From positions 186,001-250,000 of the forward strand of contig JAIVFI010000027.1 of the NCBI GenBank assembly GCA_025558095.1: 64,000 nt of DNA. The letters are read 5' to 3'. Positions 32,651 through 42,976 of this stretch are shown piece by piece; position 1 is the stretch's first letter; each line of letters begins with the position of its first letter. The stretch is from Hyaloraphidium curvatum SAG 235-1. Lineage: Eukaryota > Fungi > Monoblepharomycota. The notes under the pieces are model-generated. The model saw only the letters and a list, made by a program, of their open reading frames with translations, did no database searches and was not told the origin of the DNA. The translations under genes and the position numbers were made by a program.

Positions 32651-33592
32651 ATGCCCGGGTCGACCAGGGCCCCGCTCGCCATCCGCGTGGTATCGCACAA
32701 CATCCGCTTCGTCCCCCCCGAGGCCGTCGGCCGGCCGCCGCTCGCGCACGCCTCGGCGGCCCTGCACGAGCCGGACTGGACGGCGCGGCTGCCGCTGCTC
32801 GCGAAGCAGTTCCGGTTCCTGGCGCGCCACCCGTGGGCGACGTTCCTGTGCCTGCAGGAGGTCATGCGGCACCAGCTCGACGCGCTGCTGGCGGGATTGG
32901 ACGCGGACGGGGACGCGTGGGCCGCCGTCGGCCTCGGCGCGGAGGGCGGCGAGCACGTCCCGGTCCTGTACCGCCCTGCGGAGTTCGACCCCGCGTGGCA
33001 CCGCACGCTGTGGCTCTCCGAGACCCCCGCGGTGCCCGGCTCGCGGGGCTGGGACGCAAAGTACCCGCGGGTCCTCACCTGCGCAGGGTTCGCGCACCGC
33101 GCGACGGGCAGGCACGTCGCGGTGCTGGCGACACATCTGGACCACAGGGGCAAGCTGGCGAGGGAGATGTCGGCGCGGATGATCGGTGCGGTGGTGCGGG
33201 AGCTCTCGGCCCCGGGGCAGGGAGGCGTCCTGTCGGACGACCCGGCGGTGCGCGCCTGGCTGCCGGCGGACATCGTGCTGGTCGCAGGCGACCTCAACTC
33301 CTTCGAGCCCGACGACCGGTCCTATCCGACCCTGGCCTCCCCCTCCTCCTCGGTCCGCGACGTGCGCACCGCCGTCCCCGAGGCGGACCGCTTCGGCCCC
33401 GCGCGTTCGTGGACGGACTTCCCGCCCGCCCATACCGAGGGCGGCTCCCTCATTGACTTTGTCTTTGCGGGGCCGGCGGAAGGGCTGGGGAAGGCGTGGA
33501 GGGCGGACGGGTACGGCGTCGTGGAGAGCTGGGTGGACGGCGTCTGGTGCAGCGACCACCGGGCCGTGGTGGCGGACGTGACGGTGCTTTGA
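32651..33592 (+). CDS. Endonuclease/exonuclease/phosphatase family protein
   Basis: SHNIR, LCLQE, GEH.PVLY, WLSETP..PGS.GWDA, THLDH, GDLNS, IDFVF, SDHR.V. Confidence 0.92.
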   Translation: MPGSTRAPLAIRVVSHNIRFVPPEAVGRPPLAHASAALHEPDWTARLPLLAKQFRFLARHPWATFLCLQEVMRHQLDALLAGLDADGDAWAAVGLGAEGGEHVPVLYRPAEFDPAWHRTLWLSETPAVPGSRGWDAKYPRVLTCAGFAHRATGRHVAVLATHLDHRGKLAREMSARMIGAVVRELSAPGQGGVLSDDPAVRAWLPADIVLVAGDLNSFEPDDRSYPTLASPSSSVRDVRTAVPEADRFGPARSWTDFPPAHTEGGSLIDFVFAGPAEGLGKAWRADGYGVVESWVDGVWCSDHRAVVADVTVL

Positions 33593-34094
33593 ACCGCCGA
33601 TCGGAAGTAGGCGCGGCTTCGCGGGCGCGATCGGTTGTCCTCTGCGCCGCGATCGCCAGAGCGGCGTCGGCCGGCTCAAGCGAGCCCCTGGGGTCCACGG
33701 CAGACGGGGGGCTCGCAAAAGTCGACGAAGACTATACTTGGCGTCGTTCCTTCGGCGATCGGTGGGCCTGCCGATGCTTTAGTGGGCGGTAGACGGTGAA
33801 GAAGGGCGCGGAAACTCTTGAGAACTGAGGCGAAACCGACCGAGTTCAGCACCGACCCGACCCGCCTAGATCGCAATCAGCGGCGCCGGTAGCTTAAACA
33901 GCTTCAACGGGGTGCTTGATGGTGCGATCGCGCGGCAGAGCCGCTTATCGGCTTTGGAAAGGAGGTGAAAGGCGGCGGGCGTTTTGTGGCAAACACGAGG
34001 TGTTTGGCGATCGCCGCGCCCTGCAATCGTCTGCCGCCCTTGCAACGAACCACCGTCTCCCCCGCACGCCCGAGCAGCCCGAGAGACAGCAGCC

Positions 34095-36211
34095 ATGGCC
34101 GCCGTGAGTGTCGCGACGAGGAGGACGCGGCGGACGCGGACGGGCGCGGAGGGGCGCGGCGGGCGCGCGGGGTGCCGTGGGAGACGGCGGCGGGAATCAC
34201 TCGGCCGCATCCGCGCGCGCCCGCGGCATCCGCGCCGCCGCCGCCCGCCGCGCGCGTCCGATTGCATGGCGTCCGGTCTGTGGCCGGCGTCGAGGGCGCA
34301 GGGCGGCCCGGGAACGGCCCCCCGCTCGCCCGCCTCGCGCTGCCGCCGCCCGCTCCGCCTGCCCGAGGCCCCGGCTGACCGCTGACCGCCACGCGCAGTT
34401 CAACGACATTGTTGAGATCGACCTCAACGGGACCAAGACGCCCATCCACACCGGGCTCTTCATCAACGGCCAGTTCGTCAAGTCCAAGAGCGGCAAGACC
34501 TTCCCGACCATCAACCCCGCCACCGGCGACATCAACGCCGAGGTGCAGGAGGCCGACAAGGAGGACGTCGACGCCGCCGTCGCCGCCTCCAAGGCCGCCC
34601 TCAAGGGCTGGTCCAAGGTCTCGGGCGCCGAGAGGGGCAAGCTGCTGTGGAAGCTCGCCGACCTCATCGAGCGCGACGTCGCCAAGCTCTCGGCCCTCGA
34701 GTCGCTCGACAACGGCGCCCACGCCAGCCTCGGTGCCGCCCTCGTCGGCGGTGCCCCGGCCTGCCTGCGCTACTTCGCCGGCTGGGCGGACAAGATCCAC
34801 GGCAAGGTCATGATGGACGAGCCCGGCTTCATGGTGCGTGCCGATGCTTCGCGTGCACGTCCCACACAGCCTCACCCCTCGCCCGCCAGAACTTCACCCG
34901 CCACGAGCCCTACGGCGTCTGCGGTGCCATCATCCCGTGGAACGCCCCCCTGCTGTGGGTTTCGTGCACCGTCGCCGCCGCCCGGCGCCGTTTCTCACCG
35001 CTTCGGCGCACAGCATGCTCATCTGGAAGCTCGGCCCCGCCCTCGCCTGCGGCAACTGCATCACCGTCAAGTCCTCCGAGAAGACCCCCCTGACCGCGCT
35101 CCAGGTCGCCGCCCTCGTCAAGGAGGCCGGCATCCCCGACGGTGTCGTCAACATCATCAGCGGATACGGCCCGACCGCCGGCCAGGCCATCATCATGCAC
35201 CCTGACATCCACAAGGGTGCGTCCGCATCCGCTGGTCCCGTCGGCGCGGCCTTTGATGACCCGCCGCTCCGCAGTCGCCTTCACCGGCTCCGGCCGCACC
35301 GGACGGCGCCTCCTCGAGGCCTCGGCCGCGTCCAACCTCAAGAAGGTCTCGCTCGAGCTCGGGGGCAAGTCGCCCTCGATCGTCTTCGCCGACGCCGACC
35401 TCGACGCCGCGGTCCAGTGGACCAACATGGTACGCTCCCCGCCGCCCGCACCCAATGCGTCGAATCTCACCGCCGTTGTCCAGGGCATGTTCGCGCACAA
35501 CGGCCAGATCTGCGTCGCCAGCACCCGCGTCTACGTCGAGGAGAGCATCGCCGACAAGTTCCTCGAGAAGTACAAGGCCATGACCGCCGCCCAGAGGCCC
35601 GGCAACCAGTTCGACTCGACCTCGGCCCACGGCTCGATCGTCGACGAGATCCAGTTCAACAACGTGATGAAGTACATCGAGACCGGCAAGACCGAGGCCA
35701 AGCTCATCCAGGGCGGCAACCGCGTCGGCGAGAAGGGCTTCTTCATTGAGCCCACCATCTTCACCGAGGTGCCCGAGACCGCCAAGATCATGCGCGAGGA
35801 GATCTTCGGCCCCGTCGTGGCCATCAACACCTTCAAGACCGAGGAGGACGCCCTGGAGCGCGCCAACAACACCAACTGTGGGTGCCGGGCCGCCGGGGCC
35901 GCTTCTTCGGACTCTCGCTCACGTTTTCGATGCAGACGGTCTCGGTGCCGCCGTGTTCACCCGCGACATCAACAAGGCCATCCGCGTCTCGGCCGGCCTC
36001 CAGGCCGGCACCGTGTGGGTCAACTGCTACCAGGTCGTCAACAACAGCACGCCCTTCGGTTGGTTCCGCTTCGGCCCCGACCCTCGGGACGCTGCTAACC
36101 GTGTTTTTGCTGGCAGGCGGCTACAAGGAGTCCGGCCAGGGCCGCGAGCTCGGCGAGTACGCCCTCGAGCTCTGGACCCAGGTCAAGGCCGTCAAGATCA
36201 ACCTCTCTTAG
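34095..36211 (+). CDS. Aldehyde dehydrogenase (ALDH1/2-like), ~8 exons
   Basis: [68 protein letters not shown]. The first exon is 9 nt (34095-34103), followed by a 295-nt intron. Confidence 0.95.
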
Positions 36212-36425
36212 ATGGAGCAGGGTCGCAGTTGGAGTCGTTTGCTGTAAAGGATGGTCGTTTGAATCCAAGTGATCGCAATGTTGACGGGAGTGAGCGAGTC
36301 CTGTGCGCGGAGCAACGCCTCCCGCGGCCGCGTCGCGGACCAACGGAGTTTTCCCCCGAAGCACAAAAGCCCATTCCGCCTGCATCTCGACAGCGACTTC
36401 CGGAGCGACGAAAAGCACTCTCGAA

Positions 36426-37619
36426 ATGGCCTCCAGTCGGCCCGCGGACCCGTTCGACGCGGCCTTTCCCCTCAACCCCCTCGCTCCGTCCGGGAACGTC
36501 TCGCGCTTCGAGTGCGTCGCCCCCGCGGAAATGGCCGGTGGCGGCGTGGGATTCGCCTTCATGTACGGAGGCTACCTCAATGCGCTGGTGCTCAAGGCGG
36601 CAATGAGCGTCACGCGGCCGATGGGCTTCCCGCACCCGCTCCAGCTGAACATTGATTTCATCTCGGGTGTCAAGAAGGGCGAACGAATGGGTGCGGGCCC
36701 CAGCTTCGTTTTCGAGGAGTCTTGTCCATCCAGACTGACCGCTCGCCCTCATCGTGCAGAGATCGCCATCGAGATCACAAAGTCGACCCGGCGTCTCTGC
36801 TTTGTCCGAGCGACGCTCCGCTCCGGGTCCCCCTCCTCCGCGGATCCGCCCCTGGTGCTCACCGCCTCGGGCCTCTTTGGCACCCTCTCCTCGGGCGACC
36901 CCGCGCGCGACGCCCCCACGCTGCTCGAGGGCCGGTACCGCCTCCCCGATCACCTCGCGCTGGTCCCCAGCCTGCGCTATCCGGACGCGATGAGGGGTGA
37001 CCTGCTCGAAGAGGGCGTGGCGGCGATGCCTGGCAGGAAGGTGGCGCTGGGTGGCGTACCGGCGCTGAAGTACATGGACTTTTTCCGGGTCGGCTACTCG
37101 GACGAGGCGGTGCGTGCGGTCGGGAGGAGGGTGAGGGAGGGAGGGCTGCGGAGCGAGTCGTGGGAGGAGGTGCACCGCATGCCGTATATCGTCGGTGAGC
37201 ACGCCTCGCTCCGTCAGCTTAGGTTGCGCTCATAAGGTCTGCGTCTCCCTTCCTTCGCAGCGCATCCGTCGGGCAGGAAGCCGGACCTCCTGTCGGCAGC
37301 GTTCTACTGCGACCTCTTCCCTGCCGCAAAACATCTCTCCATCGGCCTCGGTCCCACCCTGCCGAGCGTCACCATCTCCCTCACCGTGCATTTCTGCAAG
37401 CCCGTCGACCCCGGCAGCCGCTTCTTGTACATGTGCAGCGGGGTGCCGTACGCGGACCGGGCGACGAGGGAGGCAGCGGCGGACGGGTACGTGGAGGGCT
37501 TCGAAAGCACGGTGTGGGGCGAGAAGGGGGAGCTGGTGTGCCTGCACCGGCAGCAGAGGCTGGTGACAGGGCGCGAGGTGGAGAGCAGGTTCGAGCAGCT
37601 GCAGAAAGCCTCCTTGTAG
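36426..37619 (+). CDS. Thioesterase-like (double hot-dog fold) protein, 3 exons
   Basis: [18 protein letters not shown]-containing second-domain motif, [14 protein letters not shown]....VWGEKGELV...RQ. Confidence 0.7.
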
Positions 37620-37895
37620 ACGACACATGCGATGCGCAATGAAAGAAGGAGTCAAAGTCTCTCACACGAGACGGATAGAACCAAGTCTCTCTCACCACCG
37701 CACTCGCGCATGTATCGCCCCTGAAACCAAGAAGACAATGTACTGAAATTGTGTCGAACGATTCTCGAGTCTGCGATCTCGGGACGATCCCCAGCTAGTG
37801 AATCCGAGCGAATGGGTCGAATGGGACGCTGGTCCGATCGCGCCGCCCCCCATGCACCGCCAGACCGCTTGCCTGCGGCCCAGTCGAACACGGCG

Positions 37896-40463
37896 ATGGC
37901 GAACATCGCAGAGCCGTTCGATGACGATGGCTTGGAGCCGCCGCCCCCGGCTGCTTTGGATGAGGGGTGGCAGGAGCCCGAAGACCCGGACCAACCGGAG
38001 GCAGAGGAAGACTGGGACGCGACGCCTGTCGACCTGTCAACGGCAGCGGCGCAGCCCGATTCCCCACTCTTCAAGCTCCCACCCGAAGTGCTCGTGCGCC
38101 TGACCGGCTGGCTCGGACCCCGTGTTTCGCCTGGCCACATCGGCTGGTCCGCGGCCAACTTCTTCTACGCCTGCAAGGCACTCGCCGAGCTAGGCCGCGA
38201 CGTTACCGTGCAAACTGAATTCCTTGTAGGCGCCTATGGATTGCCGGATGCGGTCCTGGGCCTCGGCTCCTGGCTGAGGATGGCGTCGCCGGCCCTGTTT
38301 TGGGCCATCGCCCGCCGAGCCGGCACGGTGCCCCGTTACCTGCTTCAGAGGCTCGTCCGGCGCCTTTTCTTTGCCAGCCGGACGGACTTGCTCGCCGCCG
38401 CCTCGGCATTCCTGGCCGAAACCTATCCTTCGCGGTCTTTGACGCCCAGCCGGAGCCGCTTCAAGACGGACGACGAGCTCTTTCGACACATTGCCGTGAC
38501 CGGCATGGTGCCTCTGCCACATCTGATCAGGGAAGGGGAGGCCGCGGGCTGGGCGGTGGAGAGCGACCCGGCGCTTACGGCCATGCTCACGCTGAAGCTG
38601 CGCTACGGCGTGCCCGTTGCCCTCGGACCCGGCGCGCCGTCGGCGGCATCCCTGGGTGTGTTCGGGAGACTCGAGAACGAAAACCTGGTGGAATGGCATC
38701 CTGCAGAGGATGGGCTCGTACCTGGTCTTGACATCAACCACGCACTCCTCCTCCATATGATCTTTACGGGGAGGAACGACGCGGTCCGCCGGCTGCTCGA
38801 GGTTGGCGTACACACGACACCGGACCAGCACAGGACCGGCTGGGTGTGGGAGGCCGCACGCAGCATCGGGCTCTGGGATCCGCAATCGCACGACGGCGAT
38901 GACCCACCCGAGCACGGTGTAGAGCAGGAGCAGGAAGATGGCACGGAGTGGCTGGATCCGGAAGCTGCCGTTGCAAGGATCGTCATTCCCGGCCGTAACC
39001 TCCTTCGGGGCGTTCGGTCGCGAGGAAAGGTCCCTGCTCACTTGATCGAGGACATTATACGTACCCTTTGCGATGCTTCGGACAATCATAAGGTCTACAT
39101 GTACGACGTGGAAAGCTTGGACGATGATTCTGCAGTGAGTCGCACGCGCCGACGGGCTGTGACGGATGCAACCGAGGTGGCGGTCTTTTGTGCGAACCTC
39201 GAGCTCACAAGACTGCTCTTGAAGCACGAGCAAGAGACACGGGACCGATGGCGGACCCCGGACGGGAAAGCATGCCTCAGGAGGTGCCTCAGGCACGCCC
39301 GGAACAACGTCGAGCTGTACAAGATCGTCGAAAGCTACGCAGCGGATGTGGACGGTGATCGGTCGGTCGATCTGCTCGCAGCGTTCATGGCTCGGGATGC
39401 GGAAAAGGCCAAGGAGCTGGCCGGGCAGGGGGTCACTTTGTCTGTGTCTCAATTGGTGGGTGTGCCGCTCTTGGGACCTTGGCTCTGCACGGCCGTTGAC
39501 GGAACGCTGCAGCTTCTCATCCTGAAGGATGGAGACCTGGCTTCCATGCACAAGCACGCCATCCTTCTCGTGCATTTGAAGCCGCCGCAGTTGGAGCGCG
39601 TGCTCGAACAGCTGCTGGAGTGTGCCAACCATAACGGCCACGAGCTCCCACCCGAAGGCGTGGACCGCCATCCCGCCGCAAGGCTTCTGCTCAGGGCATA
39701 CTCTGCGCTCTGGGAAAGGCCGGGTGGCCGCCATCTGCTTCTTCGGCTCTGGGGGAACGGGAGGTCCCCGCTGTCCTCGAGGATCTGCAGGACTTCTTTG
39801 TTGAGGCCACACCTGGGCGATCGACGGGAACATCAGCCGCGCGGACCGGTGCTGCCGTTTGATTTGGAAATGGCGGTGCGCACCAACGACTTGGAGGTAG
39901 GTGGTTGCCCGGAAGCAATGGCACATGATTGCCCAATGACTTTCGTCCAGGTCGCAAAGGAGCTCGTCGACATGGGAGTCAAGCTTTCGTCGTCCTGGTA
40001 CCGATCAGGGGGTGTGCAGATGCTCAATGCCAGCACTTCCGACACCATGACGCGGTTTGTTGCGGACAATGACCTGGTCGCCCCTTATCTGGTCATCAAG
40101 CACTGCGTCGAGCGTGGGCTGGTCGACATTGCAAAGGTCGCCATTGAAAAGGCCGTGCAGCGGGCCAACCACTACGGCCACGCCTCCGTGGTCCTCAACA
40201 CCATCCCCGGCGGACCCGTGGCCCCGGAGCTCCGCGACGCCGTCGTGGACCTCTTCCGCTTCGCATTGCGGACCGTGCCGCACGTCCCTCTCCAGCTTCA
40301 TGGAATCGCCGAGCGGGCAGAGGCGGCTGGCGAGCCCTGGGTGTCCATATGGGGGGAGTATGAGCAGGCGAGGCGGCATGCTGCGCTGCAGAAATTGGAA
40401 TCGCAATCGGCTCCACGGCAGTACCCGAGCGCGGTGGTCCCGAGCATATCTGATTCGACGTAG
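37896..40463 (+). CDS. F-box-like/helical-repeat hypothetical protein (in-frame introns likely)
   Basis: SPLFKLPPEVLVRL F-box-like motif; ankyrin-like helical segments; intron-like in-frame segments near 39456-39512 and 39897-39950. Confidence 0.65.
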   Translation: MANIAEPFDDDGLEPPPPAALDEGWQEPEDPDQPEAEEDWDATPVDLSTAAAQPDSPLFKLPPEVLVRLTGWLGPRVSPGHIGWSAANFFYACKALAELGRDVTVQTEFLVGAYGLPDAVLGLGSWLRMASPALFWAIARRAGTVPRYLLQRLVRRLFFASRTDLLAAASAFLAETYPSRSLTPSRSRFKTDDELFRHIAVTGMVPLPHLIREGEAAGWAVESDPALTAMLTLKLRYGVPVALGPGAPSAASLGVFGRLENENLVEWHPAEDGLVPGLDINHALLLHMIFTGRNDAVRRLLEVGVHTTPDQHRTGWVWEAARSIGLWDPQSHDGDDPPEHGVEQEQEDGTEWLDPEAAVARIVIPGRNLLRGVRSRGKVPAHLIEDIIRTLCDASDNHKVYMYDVESLDDDSAVSRTRRRAVTDATEVAVFCANLELTRLLLKHEQETRDRWRTPDGKACLRRCLRHARNNVELYKIVESYAADVDGDRSVDLLAAFMARDAEKAKELAGQGVTLSVSQLVGVPLLGPWLCTAVDGTLQLLILKDGDLASMHKHAILLVHLKPPQLERVLEQLLECANHNGHELPPEGVDRHPAARLLLRAYSALWERPGGRHLLLRLWGNGRSPLSSRICRTSLLRPHLGDRREHQPRGPVLPFDLEMAVRTNDLEVGGCPEAMAHDCPMTFVQVAKELVDMGVKLSSSWYRSGGVQMLNASTSDTMTRFVADNDLVAPYLVIKHCVERGLVDIAKVAIEKAVQRANHYGHASVVLNTIPGGPVAPELRDAVVDLFRFALRTVPHVPLQLHGIAERAEAAGEPWVSIWGEYEQARRHAALQKLESQSAPRQYPSAVVPSISDST

Positions 40464-40677
40464 GGACTTGTCGGAGAGAGGGCACGGCACTGATTCTTTG
40501 TCTTTCTCGTGTTTTGGCAATGAAGTGATCGTGCGATAGCAGCAACGGTCATCGGCTTTTGCACCGGTGCAATCGAAACTTCCATCTATTCCAACCATGG
40601 CAGGCAGACGTCGCCGCAACTCCAGAAGGAAGCCAAGGGGAACGAAAGAACAACCCATGCACCAGAACACCGATCCC

Positions 40678-41505
40678 TCAATCGCTGTCGCCCACGTTCT
40701 GAAAGCTCACGCTCCTGGTGCGCCTCCGAGCCGACGGCGCTCCCCCAGTCGCCTCGCTCAGGTTCCCGCCACGGCCGTGCTTCAGCGCGCTTCGCGCCGG
40801 CTCCCTCCTCGGCCGCGCCTCGAACTCGGGTGGCACGAAGGTCTGTGGGGTCCTCGGCAGGCCGAAAATCTCCTGGATCGCGTAGTTGTGACGGAAGATG
40901 AAGCGGTAGAGGAGGTACCACGCCGCGGCGACGGAGCCGACGACGAGGCCAAAGGAGGAAAGCACGGCGACGCCGACGCCGGCCGCGGCCTCGGCAATCT
41001 CGGCCAAGGTCAGCTCCGGATCCGCATCCGGTTCGCTGGACAAAACCTTTCCGGCCGCGGAAAAGGGCGGCGATTGGGACGCGCGGTCCCGGGGCGGCAG
41101 GTCTGTCCGTTGTGCCCCGCCGGCCGATCCCTCCACGGTGGCTGCCGGCACATGATCCACCGTGACTGTTTCTGTCACGGTGACGACGGCTGGAGGCGCA
41201 GGTGCCCCGGGGGACACGTCCTCGGGCTGTCGCGCAACCCCCCCGTCGTCGTCCACGCCAAAATCAATGTCAAAGGTCTCGGCCCCCTCGAAATCCACCG
41301 ACACAAAGCGTTGCAGCTTCTCGTCGTCCGATTCGGCGGCCTCGAGGCCGCCGTCGCGCGGTATCTCGCTTTCCGAGACAGCTCCGTCCGAAACCGCGTG
41401 CGCGCCGCTTTCGGGCCCGTGCAGCGCTCTGGCGCCGGCAAACGCGCATGCCAGGAGAAGGAGGCAAAACGCGAGCAAGAACCGCGCCCGGACGCGCCGG
41501 GCCAT
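40678..41505 (-). CDS. Type I membrane hypothetical protein (signal peptide plus one C-terminal TM)
   Basis: Signal RFLLAFCLLLLACAFAGARA; acidic/Thr-rich ectodomain; TM VGVAVLSSFGLVVGSVAAAWYLLYRFIF. Confidence 0.7.
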   Translation of the reverse strand: MARRVRARFLLAFCLLLLACAFAGARALHGPESGAHAVSDGAVSESEIPRDGGLEAAESDDEKLQRFVSVDFEGAETFDIDFGVDDDGGVARQPEDVSPGAPAPPAVVTVTETVTVDHVPAATVEGSAGGAQRTDLPPRDRASQSPPFSAAGKVLSSEPDADPELTLAEIAEAAAGVGVAVLSSFGLVVGSVAAAWYLLYRFIFRHNYAIQEIFGLPRTPQTFVPPEFEARPRREPARSALKHGRGGNLSEATGGAPSARRRTRSVSFQNVGDSD

Positions 41506-41711
41506 GGTCCGCCGGCGGGACCCTCGAAGCGTCGAACGCGGCCGGAGCGCTGATCTCTGTCACTCGTTCAAAGTTTGTCGGCGCATCGTCGCCCACCGCA
41601 CACGAGTCTCTGCCGCCGTCCGACGTCGCCCGGCGCGGCTTCGAGCTCTTCAGGCCACCTCTCCTAAACCGCGCCCTTCGGCCCCGCCGCCGGCCCGGGC
41701 CCCGCGCCGCG

Positions 41712-42733
41712 ATGGCCGACATCGACCTCTCCCAGACGACGCCCTTTGCGTCCAAATCGTCCGATGCGCCGCCCGGCATGGTCTGCGACGGCGACGTGTG
41801 CTACTTTCCCGATGAGGCGCCGCAGGCGGACGACGACGACGGCCCGCCGCCGCTGCTGAACCCGTCGGGCGAGGCCGTGCCGGTGCCGGAAAAGGTGCCG
41901 GTCAAGGTCCGCGAGTTCCCCCTGCCTGGCCTCTTGGCCAAGGTCACGGACCTGGTGGATAGCGATGGGAAGCCGGTGCCCAAGGACGTCTTGCTGTCCC
42001 TGCCGGACAAGGTCATCGGGTGGGCGCTGCACGCAGGCGGAAGACCGTTCCTCGATCTGACCGTGTTCCTTGGGGACCGGTATGGGACAGCCTCTACTTT
42101 TCCGCCGCATGGTGCCCGCCGTGCAAGCAGTTTTCTCCCCGTGGGTACCTGAAGGCCGCCTCCGTGCCCCGATCGGGTGCTGAACACCCCGCACGTGCAG
42201 ACCTCGCCGAGTTCGTCAAGTCCAACTCGTCCAGCTTTGCCATCATCTACGTCTCTGCGGACCGGTCGCAGGCCGAGTACCTCAAGAACCTCCAGGGCAA
42301 GCCCTTCTTCGCCGTGCCCTTTGGCGCCGAATCGGTCCGCCAGGCGCTCTCGTCGCAGCTCGGCGTGAGCACCATCCCCACCCTCGTCATCCTCAAGCCC
42401 GAGACGTGCGAGGTCGTCTCGAAAGCGGGCCGGATGGCCGTCATGAACCACCTCCAGGGGGACGAGAACCCCGTCGCGGGCTGGCGCGAGGGCCGGTGCA
42501 AGGCGCAGGAGGCCGGCGGCGAGGGCGGAATCGCGAGCGTGCTGTGGAACTCGATCCGGGGCGTGCTGCCCTACCTGATCATGTGGTTTGTGTGGGCCAT
42601 GTGGGTCAAACCGTACCTGGGCCTGCAGCCGGGCGTGGGCAAGGCGGAGAAGAAGGCGGCGCGGGTCGTGGCCAAGACGGCGGGGCTGGACCTGGGGGAG
42701 GACGAGGAGGAGGAGGAGGAGGAGGATGATTGA
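41712..42733 (+). CDS. Nucleoredoxin/tryparedoxin-like thioredoxin with a C-terminal TM, 3 exons
   Basis: KVIG|LYFSAAWCPPCKQFSP|DL..F..IIYVSADRS...AVPF...GVSTIPTLVIL; C-terminal hydrophobic helix and acidic tail. Confidence 0.9.
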
Positions 42734-42976
42734 TTGAATGGGGGGTTGGGGGGGAGGATGCTTTCGGCGCGAAGGCTGGAAGGGTACGCTGCGTTGTTTG
42801 CTCGACAGAATGGAACGGTGGTCGCCTGCGAGGGGATTTCGCGATGGATTGGAGCGTCCGGGTGCGTGACGGTGGTGTGGAGGGGCAGGAGGGGGTGAGG
42901 GGAGGAGAGGTACAACACGTGGATCGCTTTGGTGGGCGATCATGGAACCATTCTATGCTCTCTACATCTCGGATAC

